NCBI GenBank assembly: GCA_030141605.1
Contig: JAQGDQ010000108.1
Location: 248,001-312,000 of the forward strand
DNA: 64,000 nt
From: Tubiluchus corallicola
Taxonomy: Eukaryota; Animalia; Priapulida
Reading direction: 5' to 3'
Shown here in pieces: positions 27,201 to 41,403 of the stretch. Made by a program: the position numbers and the translations under genes. How positions within the stretch are numbered: the stretch's first letter is position 1; each line of letters starts with the position of its first letter. Below the pieces are notes generated by a model, which saw nothing but the letters and a program-made list of their open reading frames with translations, had not been told where the DNA came from and searched no databases.

Positions 27201-30200
27201 CAAAGTATTACTAGCTTTCAAGATTATATCAATCGACTATTATCATTCAAAAGAAGAGTATATTACGTCTCTTTCGCTTGCAGTAATACCGTGTGTGTTA
27301 CATTCTCCTACTTGTTTTTATCATTTACAGCAATTGGTCTATGTTACAATCCTATCTTTGTACACCTGTTTCAGAAATTGGCCGTAAAATCATGCACTTC
27401 CTCGTCACTAATTAACTCGTACAAAATGTCACAAAGGCTCTGATTTAATAAACTGTGAAAATCTGTATGTATAATGCCTACAAACGTCCAATTTTGCAAA
27501 GAAATAGTTCATAAGAAGGGTTGATAACGTCGATGATAATATTAATTAATGATGATAATGGTAATGATTGCAACGATGGCGACGATGAGAAAGATCACGA
27601 TGACGAACTCAATTATATTTATGGTGATAACAATGCCACACAATGGTGAACAAGAATAAAACTAAAACACGCAGACATTCAGTAAGTGTTTTATTATTTT
27701 GTCTTGCATAAAATACAATTATTGCGTGTTTTATTTGCGCAATTAACGCAAAATACAATTGCGTTAAAAAACTTAAGCACTGCAGTCCATAAGTTCATTT
27801 AAATTAGTTTGAAGTTAACTAAAGCGAAATACGTTCACCTTCATTGTTATTCTGAGCGTCAGGTGTGTTTTTGTAACGAATAGCTGGTAAATCAAGAGTA
27901 TAATTGTATAATCGTGTCTGGGTGTGTGTAGCAGGAGTACAAACAGCAAAAACTAGCCGAAAAGTCAAGATAAAATCTGTGTTCAATTTCATGTTATGCT
28001 GAGCCTGAAATTTAGAAGTAGGAGTGGAGTACTTACATGTTACACGAAACACATGTACAAGCATAAAATTGCAATGATTTTTACTTTTATTCTACACTTT
28101 TAATTTATACTTTTAATGGCATTTGTGAAACTCACTCAAAGCATTGTTTTTAGCTGCATAGATCCCAAAGGTGGCGCAAGTTTCTAGATTCACTCACGGC
28201 CTAATTAACTGTAATAAAATTATCGAAAGACAGGCGGTGTCGAATCAAAGGACATTTTCTAATTAAATGGGTGTGAACGCTTCATGACACGTGAAGAAAC
28301 CTGTGAGACAGATGTGATGATGGAAAATAAGATCAGACAAAAGATAAATGTAAAATCAAATTAGCATCTCAAACTGTATATTGGTCTATAGTCTAGGCGT
28401 TGCCTTATTTATTACGGCGGCTGTTCTTTGACGACGACTTTTAACTAACCGAGTCAGTTAATTCGATATTTTTTTCTTGAAACTTTAATAAAGAGCAGAT
28501 ATTACCTAATAAAATTCATCAAAAAGGCTTAACTGCTAAATTCAAGATATGTGAGGCGTTAAAGGGCGTGTATACGTTTTAATTAAGAACAGTTTTCGCA
28601 TTGTCATAATCGCCCAAAGATCGTCGTCGTCGTCGTCGTCGGCTTTCACTCGTTTCCGAGTATTGTCCTTTCGGTCAAAGTTACTAGCTGTGGTGGGCAC
28701 GTTGGTGACGCCCAAAGATAATTCAAATTAATACGAATAAATATGTATTCTACAGAAATAATTCTAAGTCATTTCTACATGTATATATTTTTTCCTATTT
28801 GCTCAGGCTATAGTAAACTATCATTAAGGTATCAGAGATACACATACGTGTAAAGTATTGTGTCATATTTTTCACTTCTTTGGTCTAATTTTTTCTTTAT
28901 TTTCTCTGGCGTGGTTTTAAGGTTCTTAATTAGTAATTTCACTATACCCGCCACTCACTCATTTTATTTAAAAATTTTGTTTTGTGTTTTTTCGGTAATT
29001 TGTTCGACATCTTTCTCTTTACGAGTAAATTTATCCATTAAAGCTGGCCGCAAGAGCTTAACTATTAAATCTGTCATCAGCGTCTTAGTACTTCATTCTT
29101 CTGTTATTCAACCACATCTCGCGTAATTATTAACAGCTTTTCTTTATTCACTGGCTTCCTGTTCTCACACGGGATTTAAACAAACGTCACCGCAGCGACA
29201 ATGCCTGCCTCTTACTCCATCATTTCACTTCGTAATCATATCTTCCATTAGATAATTGTGTGATTTTCATAATTACAACAGCCGCGAGCGCTAAATAAAC
29301 GCGAGAAAAGGTAACGAATTTTCTGCAACTGTTTTGTTAATTAAGTGATAAAAAGGGGGTGAAATTTTCAACTTATCTTGACAGACTTTTGTTAGGTGAA
29401 CACATAACGCAGTTCATAAACAGCAGCTTTGTAACAATATGGTAACAGGACTCTTCTGCGCCCCAGCTGCTCTTAGTCTTAGGGTATCATCTGATACAAT
29501 TGATTTCTTTGAGAATTTTAGCCTAAAACAAGAAACGCGTTATCCACAGCGTGGAGATTTTGTAGATATTCTAAATAACAAATTAATTAAGCTCATAGTC
29601 ACCTATTCTAATACTACCTAGACTTGATCATTCGCATCGTTTATTTATATACACACAAATAGTTACCAATATAAAGATTTTCTTGCAAGTGGGTGTTCAC
29701 TGCTCAGTACCCACTCCTTGCAGCCACCTATTGGTTTTTAAGCCTGGTGTCCAAGGTATAATGAAGGTCTAGGCATGAATAATAGAGCCGCCCTCTGCGT
29801 TAAAATGGATCCGGTTTTGTAACTCCTTACAAATTGAATCAATGCGTAAAGTCACCGCTTAAATGCGCGAGAATATAAAGAGGTAAGATCCCCTTCAAAT
29901 GCAAGCAATCCTGTAATAGAACCACGGACAAGCTTCTTACATTGGAGCTCTTTCCTCAAAAACCAGCTTATAAGGCTGATTGGATAACCAGATAACCAAA
30001 GTGATGGTGTTATTTTCACAAATGAGATTTCCTACCTATTTAAAATTACAGTGTTAAATTATTCATGGACGTGAACGCTGGATGAAATGCAGTGCAGCTG
30101 TGTGAGCCTTAAATGGAATTGGAATCCTTGTAATAGATGAGAAACAAGATTTTGAAAGAAAATTTCAAAGTGGAGTCCATGGGAAAATTTCAAACACTGA

Positions 30201-30879
30201 GAATAGAAGCACTGATATAAACGTAATAATAATTATTTTTATTATTTATTTTATTTCAGACATTCAAGAATAAAATAAGGCTCAAACAAAAGCGCACAGA
30301 GTTAGTTTACAGAAAACACAGTAAGCTTACTCACAAGAAAATGTTAGTTAGAATATGAGATTCTTCGCCACGACCTAGATATTCGATCTAAAAAATGTAT
30401 CAGTATTGTACAGGAAAGTAATAGCCTATATACAGGATAATGTAGTATGGGATAGACCAAATACAGGCACATTCTCCTACAACTATTTGGCGCCATAACA
30501 GGTGGCTAGTTCTCAAAAGCAAGCTTCTACTTTTCTGCACAATTTTCTATTAGTTTTATTATTCTCTCAAACATGTATTTATTTTTCATATTTTTAAATT
30601 ACTGCAACGACCAATCAGGATCTGGTTGTAAACGAGTTAGTGCTTAATCAAGTTTATCTTGAATAAATATCCTTTTTCTTTTCTTAAACATCAATTACTC
30701 ACAGTCACCTTAAAAACATACACTCAAAGCCAAATAATGACAAAAAATGAACAATGTGGAGTCAGTTTTTGTAAAAGAATGAAGGTAAATTTATTTAAAC
30801 ACAAATGATTTACTATAGCGGGCAGAACAGTGGGCAAAGTAAATCAATGGGGGGACATTGCGTTTCAGCTGTAGGCTGA

Positions 30880-31080
30880 GGTACCGGCAGTTTCTCGATC
30901 CCACAATAGGTGCCATGGCAAGCGCAGCACGAAAGTATTATTCGTATCTAATGGAATAGAGTGTGGATGGTACTCAAGAAAACCAACTTTACCATTAATG
31001 AGAAGCTGAGTGGAGAGTTGCGAACGCGTGGCAACTATGTGTTCCATTGAGCGCAAATAATCGCCGCAGATGTAAGCCTA
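30880..31080 (-). mobile_element. Possible relic of an R4/NeSL-like (RLE-type) non-LTR retrotransposon C-terminus
   Basis: Minus frame ICGDYLRSMEHIVA..L..EYHP..LLWDR loosely resembles the CCHC finger plus (I/L)LWD motif; highly degenerate. Confidence 0.3.
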
Positions 31081-32709
31081 TTTTCTAAAAATAAGTTCTG
31101 TAAGAAGGTATTTTGTGTGTCTATGTAGCATCTGTCCGTCGTGTATATGTATTTTAGCAGTAAACAAGAAATTGATTTCAATACAGCCTTTTTAAATGCT
31201 AATGGATATGATTAACCATTAGTAAAGGAAAGGATAAGCTGTGTTGGTTTATAAAAGCTTTCATACAACGTTTTAGCAAATCTAACCTGCAAATTTATTT
31301 GTAGCAGACGAAAAGCCATTTAATCAACAAACTAGAATAGTACATAATGTATAACAATGCAGACATAAATTAAAAAACCACACCGGATAATTCAATTTTT
31401 AAAGGTATTTCTTTCAAAGAAAATGAATTTTAATTGTATTTCCTTGAAAGAAAATGTCAGCTTTCCATCTCCGTCTTGCGTCTGCAACAAACGGTCTGAA
31501 ACACGTGATGAGAAATAAAAACAATTTTTTGCACGAGTCTTTCTATGGACCAAAAACTCCAAAGAAAGAACCCTGGCACTAAAATGTGTGACATGTAGAA
31601 CCTAATATTGGAACACACTTTTATAACATCCAGTATAGTCATTACTCGGTGTGCCAAATTTTTACTTTCTATGATTTATCTTAAAGATAAATTTAGTTTA
31701 TTTTTAATTAAAAAAGTTGACAATCTTTTGGGAACTAACAAACTGGATAAGTAACACCACTGACGTTTGCACGCTAGCAGGGCCAATTTTGTTACAAGGA
31801 ATGTTACACTGTACAACTCTTAAAGTTGTTTTTTATAAACAAAGTTACATTCAACTGAAGCAAAGAAAAATTACATGCAAATACACAATTTTTGAGTATT
31901 TTCAACTTTTGGCTACAAAATATGCGTTTCTTGGAGTGATTCGTCTACCATGCTTTCTGACAGGCTGACAGCTTTCTTTTTTCTACGTAGAACTATGTCG
32001 CTCGCATTATATGATTGAAATAGCTATTTTGTCCAAGACCCTGTATGACATAATGGTACGCTTCGTGACTTTTCATAAACGACATCTTGGGTTTCCATGA
32101 ACGCGCGCTGCAGTTTATCTAATGCTTAGGCAAAAATATCGAAACATTAGATATCTAAATTTTTGGCGGAAATTGACAGAGTGTTCATCTTTTAGTCGTT
32201 GAATGACGTCATTGGTGGAAGAATGGGCGTTCAGAACTGGAGTGCCTAAGCCTGAAATGATAGCGACTTTAAAGAGGTTTTATTAACTACACGAAGCGCT
32301 TATCACACTTTTATTTCTCAACCCTTCTAATATTTTCCGCGGCAATTGAAATAAGCCTAACTTCCCAGAAGGATTGACCTTTCATTTAATAAAGTGTTCC
32401 CACAAATTTACAAACGCCTTTATTTTCCCTTACAAAAACATTAGTAAAACAAAAATTAATAATCGGACAATAAAAGAGAGAAACTCGTGGCTACACATGC
32501 TTAATTAAAAGTGTAGCCTCAGGTTGCAAAAAACCTAGCTCGAATTTGTCGACAGATGGCAGCTCCTATGATTTACGCCGTTATAACAACCCTTGTATAA
32601 TACAATATCGGTCACATGACACGGTGCCATTTTACAATAACTGTAAGCGTAATCTGTACAATTTACTAATGTATTACTTTCCACATTGTTGGTAATAATT
32701 GTGATCGTT

Positions 32710-33020
32710 GATCGGTGCGACCGCCTGGTGTCCAGGCAACAACAGCCGAGGTATCGAGACTCATGGTAATGAGAAATGGTGTGTTTGATATGGCAGGCGC
32801 GAGTCGAAAATGAGATGCCATTGTAACAAGTTCAATTACAAACAAAGGTACGAAGCTCTCTAAGTTGCAGCACCCGGTGGCGCTAGAATAACAGCCGCAG
32901 CGAGAATAATAACCTAAGCGGCGCGAACAATGCAGCTGCCGGACCGCCCGTTCTGGAGTATGACAGGGCAGATTTCGCGCCCCGCCGCGCGGCGTCTAGC
33001 TTGTGATTTCCGATACGAAG
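32710..33020. promoter_or_regulatory. GC/CpG-rich island (candidate promoter, enhancer or element end)
   Basis: Locally high GC and CpG content, a CTCF-like cacccggtggcgct at 32871-32884, GC boxes, and the palindrome cgccgcgcggcg at 32983-32994. Confidence 0.35.
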
Positions 33021-34498
33021 TGAAAATTGATAAGTTAATTGAACTGCCGTGAATAAAACGCCCAGAAATTACAACAAAGAGATCAAGTTAATCCTGCTTG
33101 TAATGCAGTCCCAAATTATATCCGACTGGCGGTTTTGTTGGAAAAAATGTTTTTCTTCTGTAAAAAATGTGAATGGTGAAATACAATAGTCAGTTTTTTT
33201 TACAAAGCGAAAGCTCTCAGTTTGACTGTAAACTTCAACAAATAGCCCGGCAAGAGTGATGACGTGTTATTACTTTTTCTCTATTTTATTGCGCGTTTTT
33301 TACATTTTCGTTCTAAAATTGTTTTGTTGCTGAACAGCTTCTATTAACTTCAGTTTTGCTTTCTACTTTCCTACATTTCTACTTTCTAGTTTTTTACTAC
33401 AAAGGAAATGAAAGTGGGTATAAAAAGGAAGCTGGTGTTCTCAAGACATGTACTTTAAAAGGTCTTATCCCGTATGAGATTTTGTGCTTTACTGTAGATA
33501 AGACCAGCCTTTGTCGCTAGAATTCTTTAACGAGAGGATCTACATACTGATTCAGAATATAAGTAATTATTCAGAAAAAGTTCGAAACTACTACATCCCG
33601 CCTAACATTAACGAATTCTAAAGAAAAGAATTTTTAAACCTTCAAATTAATAATTATATATACAACCTGGCTACAATTGTAATGTAGGCGCACACGAAAT
33701 TCAGTAATGTCACTGTTATTGTTTATTGTGTATGTTGCTGGTGATTTTAATTCGATTAAAAGCAAAGTACACGCGCTCAGAAGTGAGCAGACAACATTTC
33801 TGTGATCATTAGAATAACACAAAATTACCACCAAGAAATTTAAAATTGCTGTATCCAAGTTACACGCATCGTAGATTTAAATGGTGAATAACTGTTAATT
33901 CGCATGCAGCAAAACTGAAATAATTGCTATAAGTCAGGAGGAAAATATGAGAGTCACTTAGGACTAACTCATTCATTCATTCAGTCATTCATTCGTTCAT
34001 CCGTTCCTTCATTCATTAAATCATTCATTTTTCTACTGCTTCATTCACTTGCCCTTTTATTCACTTGTTTAACAATTCATTCTTCTATCATTCGATTATT
34101 CGTGTTATGTTCGTTTTCTCGTGGTTCGTTTGCAACATTTGTTAAAATAACTTTAAGCCAGAGACAAGCAGAGATGAAGTTTCGACTTACAAGTGAAATT
34201 GCTTGATAGGATGGGAGGTAATTGTTAACAGCTACCTCTCTTGTATCACATCGCGGGAGGGAGCTCTAATGGCCGATCTTATCTCGCGATAGCATCGGGC
34301 TAAGTATAAAGCTGTCTCAATAACTCTGGCTACTACTGGTGTTCTAAATAGTAACCATGGTGTTCTAAATAAAATCCAAAAAGGTGCGGGCGCAGCGGAA
34401 AACATTGTGATTTTTAAATGCTTTTTTTTAATTTCCAAGGATAAAAGAAAGTACAAAGCTGGCAACGGTTGTTTCTTGAAGAATCCCGGCTTAAGCTA

Positions 34499-35460
34499 CG
34501 GTGTCTAAGGTAAGATTTTTTCATGACCTGATATTCCTTCCTTTTGGATCAGTTTGGTTTCGAAATTGAATAGTTGCGTATTCATTCCGTCATTAATAAG
34601 TAAGCTTGACATTAGGACTGTGAATAATTAATTAAGTGCTAATTTTAAAATTTATCACAAATTATTGGTTTTGGCTAATTACTTTCAGGCCTGCAGTGCC
34701 CTGATTCGACTGCGTTCACTTATTTACATCACCTTATTAAGAATGCGCATCTGGTGTCGGTTAATAATTTGTCACCGTGAACAAATTACAAGCAACATCT
34801 GATTAGTAACACGTCATTGTTCGGCTTCACTTTAATAGACTCGCTCTGCGAAGCTGATGAGTGTTAGGGCGGGATGGGGTGTGGTCGAGCCAGCACAGCC
34901 CGAGGACACCACTCTCTCCCTGGCAAAGCTAATCAGTCACAATATTTCTGATAAAAGCATCCCGCCTACGAGAAGAGCTTTTCCCAAGGGTGATGTGCGG
35001 CGAGGAACAAGGAAAGCGGGACGGGCAAAATAGCATTAAAAAGAAAATTTGTTTACGCATTTGATTAGCTGTCATTTAGCAATAGTTTAGCTAGAGGGCT
35101 CTACCTCAGCTGTCAAGTGCTGAACTTAATGCAATCAGCAGCAATATTGCCCGTATATGATCACAAAATCGCATTCAACTGTCACTAATTTTACATAATT
35201 TAATTTACCCTTGACGAACCCCAATGCTTTTAGCTATCAATTTTTACCAAAATTAAATAAAAATTCTGTCTGTCTGATTAGTAGAAGGTTCTGCTTTAGT
35301 GAGTCAGTGAGACATGCATAATTTAATTGGTTGTTACAAAGCAAAACGAGTGCCGGTTTTTTATGATTTTCGAAAAAATCATTTTCTGTATACACATACA
35401 ATGTACGCTTATATTATTTGGCATCGAAGATTAGGTAGGGTAATCTTACCTTAGACACCG
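34499..35460. mobile_element. Tc1/mariner-type MITE (~960 bp) with perfect TIRs and TA TSD
   Basis: cTA|CGGTGTCTAAGGTAAGATT ... AATCTTACCTTAGACACCG|TAg: a perfect 19-bp TIR flanked by TA on both sides; no transposase ORF. Confidence 0.88.
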
Positions 35461-35795
35461 TAGATCCAATAATGCAATTAGTTCTCACTTAAAATTTACA
35501 TAAATTTTTGGAACAAGACTTAAGTGTGTTGTAAAATCATTTAAAGTATACTGGTTCTAAATCTTTCACTCTCCAATTACCAAATAAAAATTTGTGATAA
35601 AATTATTAAATGTAAAAAATAATTGTGATACTTGTAGCAGTCTATAGTTATTGTTTCAATCGTTACTTTGATCAACGTTTAGTCATTATTTATACGTAAA
35701 CTGATATAGAGTCCCCTTTTACAAATTAATCCTACGTAAACCCCATTACCTTCTTGATACACATAGTTTCAGCTACGTCATTCATCCAAGACTAC

Positions 35796-36116
<321 letters not shown>

Positions 36117-38359
36117 AATAGTAATAAATTTCTTTATATGTTTTAAAAACATCTTTCATCGTAATTATAATGGCAAAAACACACACTTATTCTAGGCAAA
36201 TGCGCCAGGACGCAAGCTAGACTGTAACTGTAGAAAAACTTCAAAATAATAAAAAATAAAAGGCTAAGGGCAAACTTAAGTTGATGAAGAGTGAAAGAAA
36301 TCATGCATAAATCTTACATCTTCGTATCCTTACATCGAAACAGAAATTTCTGCATTGAAGTAATTGAGAGGCAGCGCTATAATGGCTAATTACCCATGCG
36401 AGTTGAAAAGTACCGCCCTGACCGGAGCTCTGTTTAGGGCAGTCATTAGTGCCCGTCCCCCACGAAGCCACCATCTGGATGTGCCGGAACTTTACCTAGA
36501 GCACATTTTACGTGAAAAATAAAGGACTAGCAATAAGCGAGTAATTTTTGAGATTAACTTGATATTAAGTTAATCAGTTGTGTAGGCCTATATTATTGAC
36601 AATAAAAAATAGGCCGGTATCACCACATGAAAATGTATTGTTTTGTTTGCTTGTTGTTGTTTTGTTCGTTCATTGGATTGTTTGCTTTGTTGTTTGTTTG
36701 TTTACTTGCTACTCTGCTTGTTTTTTGCTTGCTTGTTTGCTTTTAATTTTAGCAAGGTATAGGTACTAAGCACACCGCCGGTTATCAGGTATAAACGAAA
36801 AGCACGTACCGTCCTGGGCTAATTCAGGTGGCCGTTAGTTTATGCGGCTATTTTGCCATTTTTAGGTCTCCTGAGCCACACTGCTTTATTATTTGTAGTT
36901 TAAGTGTATTAATTTTTCGTGTTGTTTTTTCTTCAGCTATGTTGTAAATTTATATTTGTAATTTGCTGCGTGAAAAAAACTTGAACTTGTCTGTTTAAAT
37001 AATTTACCCAATTATTTTTATTTCTAATATATAACTCGACTGGCACCTTATTTTCAATCAAAGGATCGTCAAAAAATATACATGCGAAAATTGATATTTC
37101 CGTATTCTATGACATTTTTTGTTTAAAATAAAATAGACGAAAAATAAAAATATTTTCGTATTTTATGCCCCTAGAAAGAACAATTTGAAGAAGCGAACGC
37201 GGTTTTCTAAGCTTAAGTTTTATTAAAAAATTTATATAAATATTTACTAATGATATTATATATACAGTTTTTTCGGTTTCTCTTTATACTACAAAAATAA
37301 TTACATTTGCCAATTGCTTGACGTGGCAATCCTGCAAGTAGAGAAGAGCAATATTATTACTACCTATAATAATAAATATTCGTCGTCTTACGAGTTGTTT
37401 TACAAACAGCCTTTATAAATTACGTAATTAAAATAGCCCCATTGTACGACACATATTTACATTTTTGAGGAAAATGTCACGTCACATTTCTGACTTTCAA
37501 AAGCTGTGTTACAATTTAACACTCATGAATCATGATTTGAAAAGCAAACTGTCCTGAGAATTTTGATTATGACCTGTATACTGTAGCGGGTGTAGGCTTA
37601 ATCCTAGTTTGTTTAATAGGGGGCAACCTTCTGGTACACGAACAAAAACACGCATTAGTAGTAGAGAGCAAAGGTGATTTTATTCCTGCTGCTCAAGTAA
37701 ACACTGCAGACATGACCAGTGAAACTTTATCTTCTTTGTTTCTTTTCGAAACTGTAATTTTCAGAGGCAACTTCCTCCTGTATTTCTCACTTTGTTAAGT
37801 TTCTTTTAATATTAAAACCTTGTTTCTTTAGAACTTACATTTAGGTTTTTTCTGTAAAGTTCAATTTCTTATTTAAATACTTTAAGTGCATTTGAAATGA
37901 GCATAGCCAACGAATAAAGCTCATGGAGCAAGAATAGTCAAGCTACATAAGTGAACACAATTTTTTATTAATGTCAGCACTCAGCAGTAACTGCTCTTAA
38001 AACCGCCTCTAAGCTTGCTTTAATGAGTCAGTAATGAGACACAGCTGATACATTTTATAAAGACGTCCAACTTTAGTGTCCAGCCCACAAACTCTCGCAA
38101 GATCACGCTACTACCGCTTGCTTTCCTATTCTTGCTCTTTAATTGCTCTCCTAACTGCGAGAAGTCTTATTGCTCATTTTGCTACGGCTTTAATTTGTTT
38201 ATTTACTATTTAATAACATTTATAAAAATACACGCATTATGTGGCGTTTATGCTGACCATAAAATATAATACACAATAATTTACAACATCGGTTACGAAT
38301 TAAACAAGTAAGTATGCAGTAAAAACGTCATCGTTAAAGGCAAAACTCTAATGGGAGCG

Positions 38360-38378
38360 AGAAAGAGAAAGAGAAAGA

Positions 38379-38438
<60 letters not shown>
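38360..38438. repeat. (GA)n microsatellite
   Basis: Read directly. Confidence 0.95.
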
Positions 38439-38440
<2 letters not shown>

Positions 38441-38814
38441 ACAGTAAAACAAAAATAGCTTACATAAAACGAATAAAGTGTATATTCGAGGTGATGGCAA
38501 TTGTCAGAACAGCAAGCTAGTAATCAAAGATGCGTCGGTCGCGTCACCTGTGGAGCGTAATGTAAATCATTTACTGCAACTGCATCATCATTCTGTTTAC
38601 TAATTGGTATTCAACTTTGCGTTGCATTGAGCCTCCATCTATCGTTAAACTAGAAAAACGCTTTGGTCCAACAGACTCTAGTTGTACTCAGGCGAGTTGA
38701 TTACAGACAAGTAATACAAACTTTTATTTAGTCGTTCCCTAGCTTCTTTTGATTATTATTCTTTAAACATTTTTCAAGAACAAGGAGTCTTTTTACGATA
38801 GAGAGAGTGAAAAT

Positions 38815-39043
<229 letters not shown>

Positions 39044-39459
39044 TCTCGTTTTTTAAATAGTATGGGCTGAAAAAACTAACAATGACATTTTTATGATGGT
39101 TGATTAGTTATAATATTTATCTAGAAATTCGTAAGTAATTGTGTAAAACCACAATTATTAAATTTTTGAAACCAACCCAAAGTGCGTGACCGTTTCTAAT
39201 TACATATTGTAGATTGTAGATTGTACATATTGTTGGTTTTTTATTGATAATAGTTATAATAATCCAACTATAAGCCACGTCTTATGTTTAGGGGCCCTTT
39301 GTTCTGTGCCACTATTATTTATAAGAAGGCAGTCAAGTATTACTAATAAATTAATTACATGATTAACTGTTTAAACGTCGTAACATCTTGTAATTCAGGA
39401 TCATTAAACACAGAATAGCAGCTAACCTAACTATTAATTTGTTTGAAAAGAAGGTAATC

Positions 39460-39533
39460 AAAAATCGCGAACGAAGTCCGGATTCGAACCTGAGATCAAG
39501 CACATCACCCACACTTGCTCTCTGCCAGCGAAG
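39460..39533 (-). mobile_element. Degenerate tRNA-derived SINE head or tRNA pseudogene
   Basis: Perfect Pol III B box GGTTCGAATCC on the minus strand (39480-39490), a weak A-box-like TGGCAGAG about 30 nt upstream, and a T-run after it; no cloverleaf. Confidence 0.3.
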
Positions 39534-39570
39534 TTTTTAAGGAAAGGCCAAACTTTCTGGGAACTTACAC

Positions 39571-40042
39571 TTATTTCAATGTTTGTGAGAAACGTTGGAA
39601 GAATTTAAAAATAATAAGTGTGAAAAAGGCCTTGTGTAATGGTTAAAATCACTTTAATGTCGCGGTCATTTGAACGCTTTGAACGCTCTCATTTTCCCAT
39701 CAATGACGGTATTCCTCGGCTGAAGAAAAGCAGTGTACTAGAAATTTCTGTCAAAAGTTAATAAGTTTTTATAAAAAATTAGATAGCTAAGAGGGTGTGA
39801 TATTTTTTGCATGAACATTACGTAAGCTAGAAAAGTTTGTATTAATTTACCGGAAGCCACGACGCCATTACAAAAAGTAGTAATTTTCAAATGCATGGCG
39901 GCTACCACGGCGCCTGAAAATTTCTATACCGCGGTAGTATAAATTAACTTTATGCTTTACAGACGTTTTTTACAAATTCTTTCTTATATTTTTCTAAATT
40001 TAAGAGATAACAGTAAAGTAATTCCAATATGCTAACTGAGTT
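39571..40042 (+). repeat. Interspersed repeat, copy 1 (~480 bp; probable non-autonomous transposon)
   Basis: Collinear blocks shared with 50762-51270: aaaatcactttaa.gtcgcg, tgaagaaaa, aataagttttta, tgaacatta.gtaagct, tgaaaatttctat, ttttctaa.tttaag.gataacagtaaa, actgagtt. Confidence 0.8.
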
Positions 40043-40113
40043 GTCCGTTTATTTACCTGGGAGAGCAGACGTGAATCTCATTCTTGTAGAACACAGTCAG
40101 CGCTACAACTTAC

Positions 40114-41035
40114 CAAGTCTGGTAATACGGTACGGTACGGTACGAAATTAGGGTACGGTACGAAAAAAATGCTTAAAAGTACGGCACGAAAATACGATAT
40201 TTTTTCTTACCTTTTTCGTACCTTTATAGTACCTTTTCCCGTACCATTTATTCCGAGTTTTTTGTAAGGTTTCTATTGGTCAACAACTCAGTGTGATGAT
40301 TTATTTTGCCCATATTTGGGACTTACTCTTCTTCCCTAATTAAAACAGAGCGCAGGCAAAATTGGTTCCTTTTGAATGGAAACTGCAAAGCCACAAGTTA
40401 TTTAGAAGCTGGAGTTGTCATTTCCTGTAAATTATGTAAATATTTGTTTACAGATTGCTTCCCAGGCCTGACACCAATTTATGTAACGCCGTTCTTTTAA
40501 CTGCTATTTCTAGCTATTGTGTAGTAATTTACTGCACATCTCAAGCTATGAAGATTCTGTTGAAGTATCATTGAATATTCTGTTGAACATTTCAAAATGT
40601 ATGTCGTTAATAAGGAATGCTTAGAACTTTGCCGATCTGGGCATAACGTTTTAATTATTGCATATCACCTGAGTTAAAAGTTTGCTTTGCCGACAAAAGA
40701 AGTTCGAGACGTACCGACCTAACACATTAACTGGTGTGGTCTAAGGATTTAATAACTATAGCAGCTATAATTGTTTTGTATAACAGCATTTGTCAATGGT
40801 TATAACTTAGCGCACAGTATGTTTACCACATTTGATTAAAAAAATTCTTACAAGTTACAACACTCATTGTAGAGGCAGTCAATTTCAAAATGTCCGCCTA
40901 AAATACTAAGTAATCAATGGACTTGTTTTAGCAACGAAGTGATCAAAAACACATCAAAAGGAATAGCAATAACAAGTCAGGCTTTCACTGAGTTAGCGAT
41001 TTCTGCAGTCGCTAACATAGAAAGAGAGGGGGGAA

Positions 41036-41080
<45 letters not shown>

Positions 41081-41081
41081 T

Positions 41082-41118
<37 letters not shown>

Positions 41119-41403
41119 AGAGAGAGAAATCAATAGTATAATAGTATCTAATAAATAGATATTTCTGTTTTTGCGGTACTCATAAATTCATAACAATAAT
41201 TGATAAATTTGTCGTTTTTACAATTAATTTTTATGTCACTCGTTATCTTTTTATAGTAGATCCTACATGAACATGGTACGAAATTTGGCACGAAACTACG
41301 GTACAATATTTTATCGTACCCGTAGGGTACAATTCAATTTGATAGGTACGATGCGAAATTACGGTACGATATTTTTTCGTGCCGTACCGTACTGCCAGCC
41401 TTG
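40114..41403. mobile_element. hAT-type MITE (1290 bp) with GTACG subterminal repeats and an internal (GA)n tract
   Basis: TIRs caagtctggtaatacggtacgg / ccgtaccgtactgccagccttg; 8-bp TSD caacttac / ccacttac (7/8 match). Confidence 0.88.
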
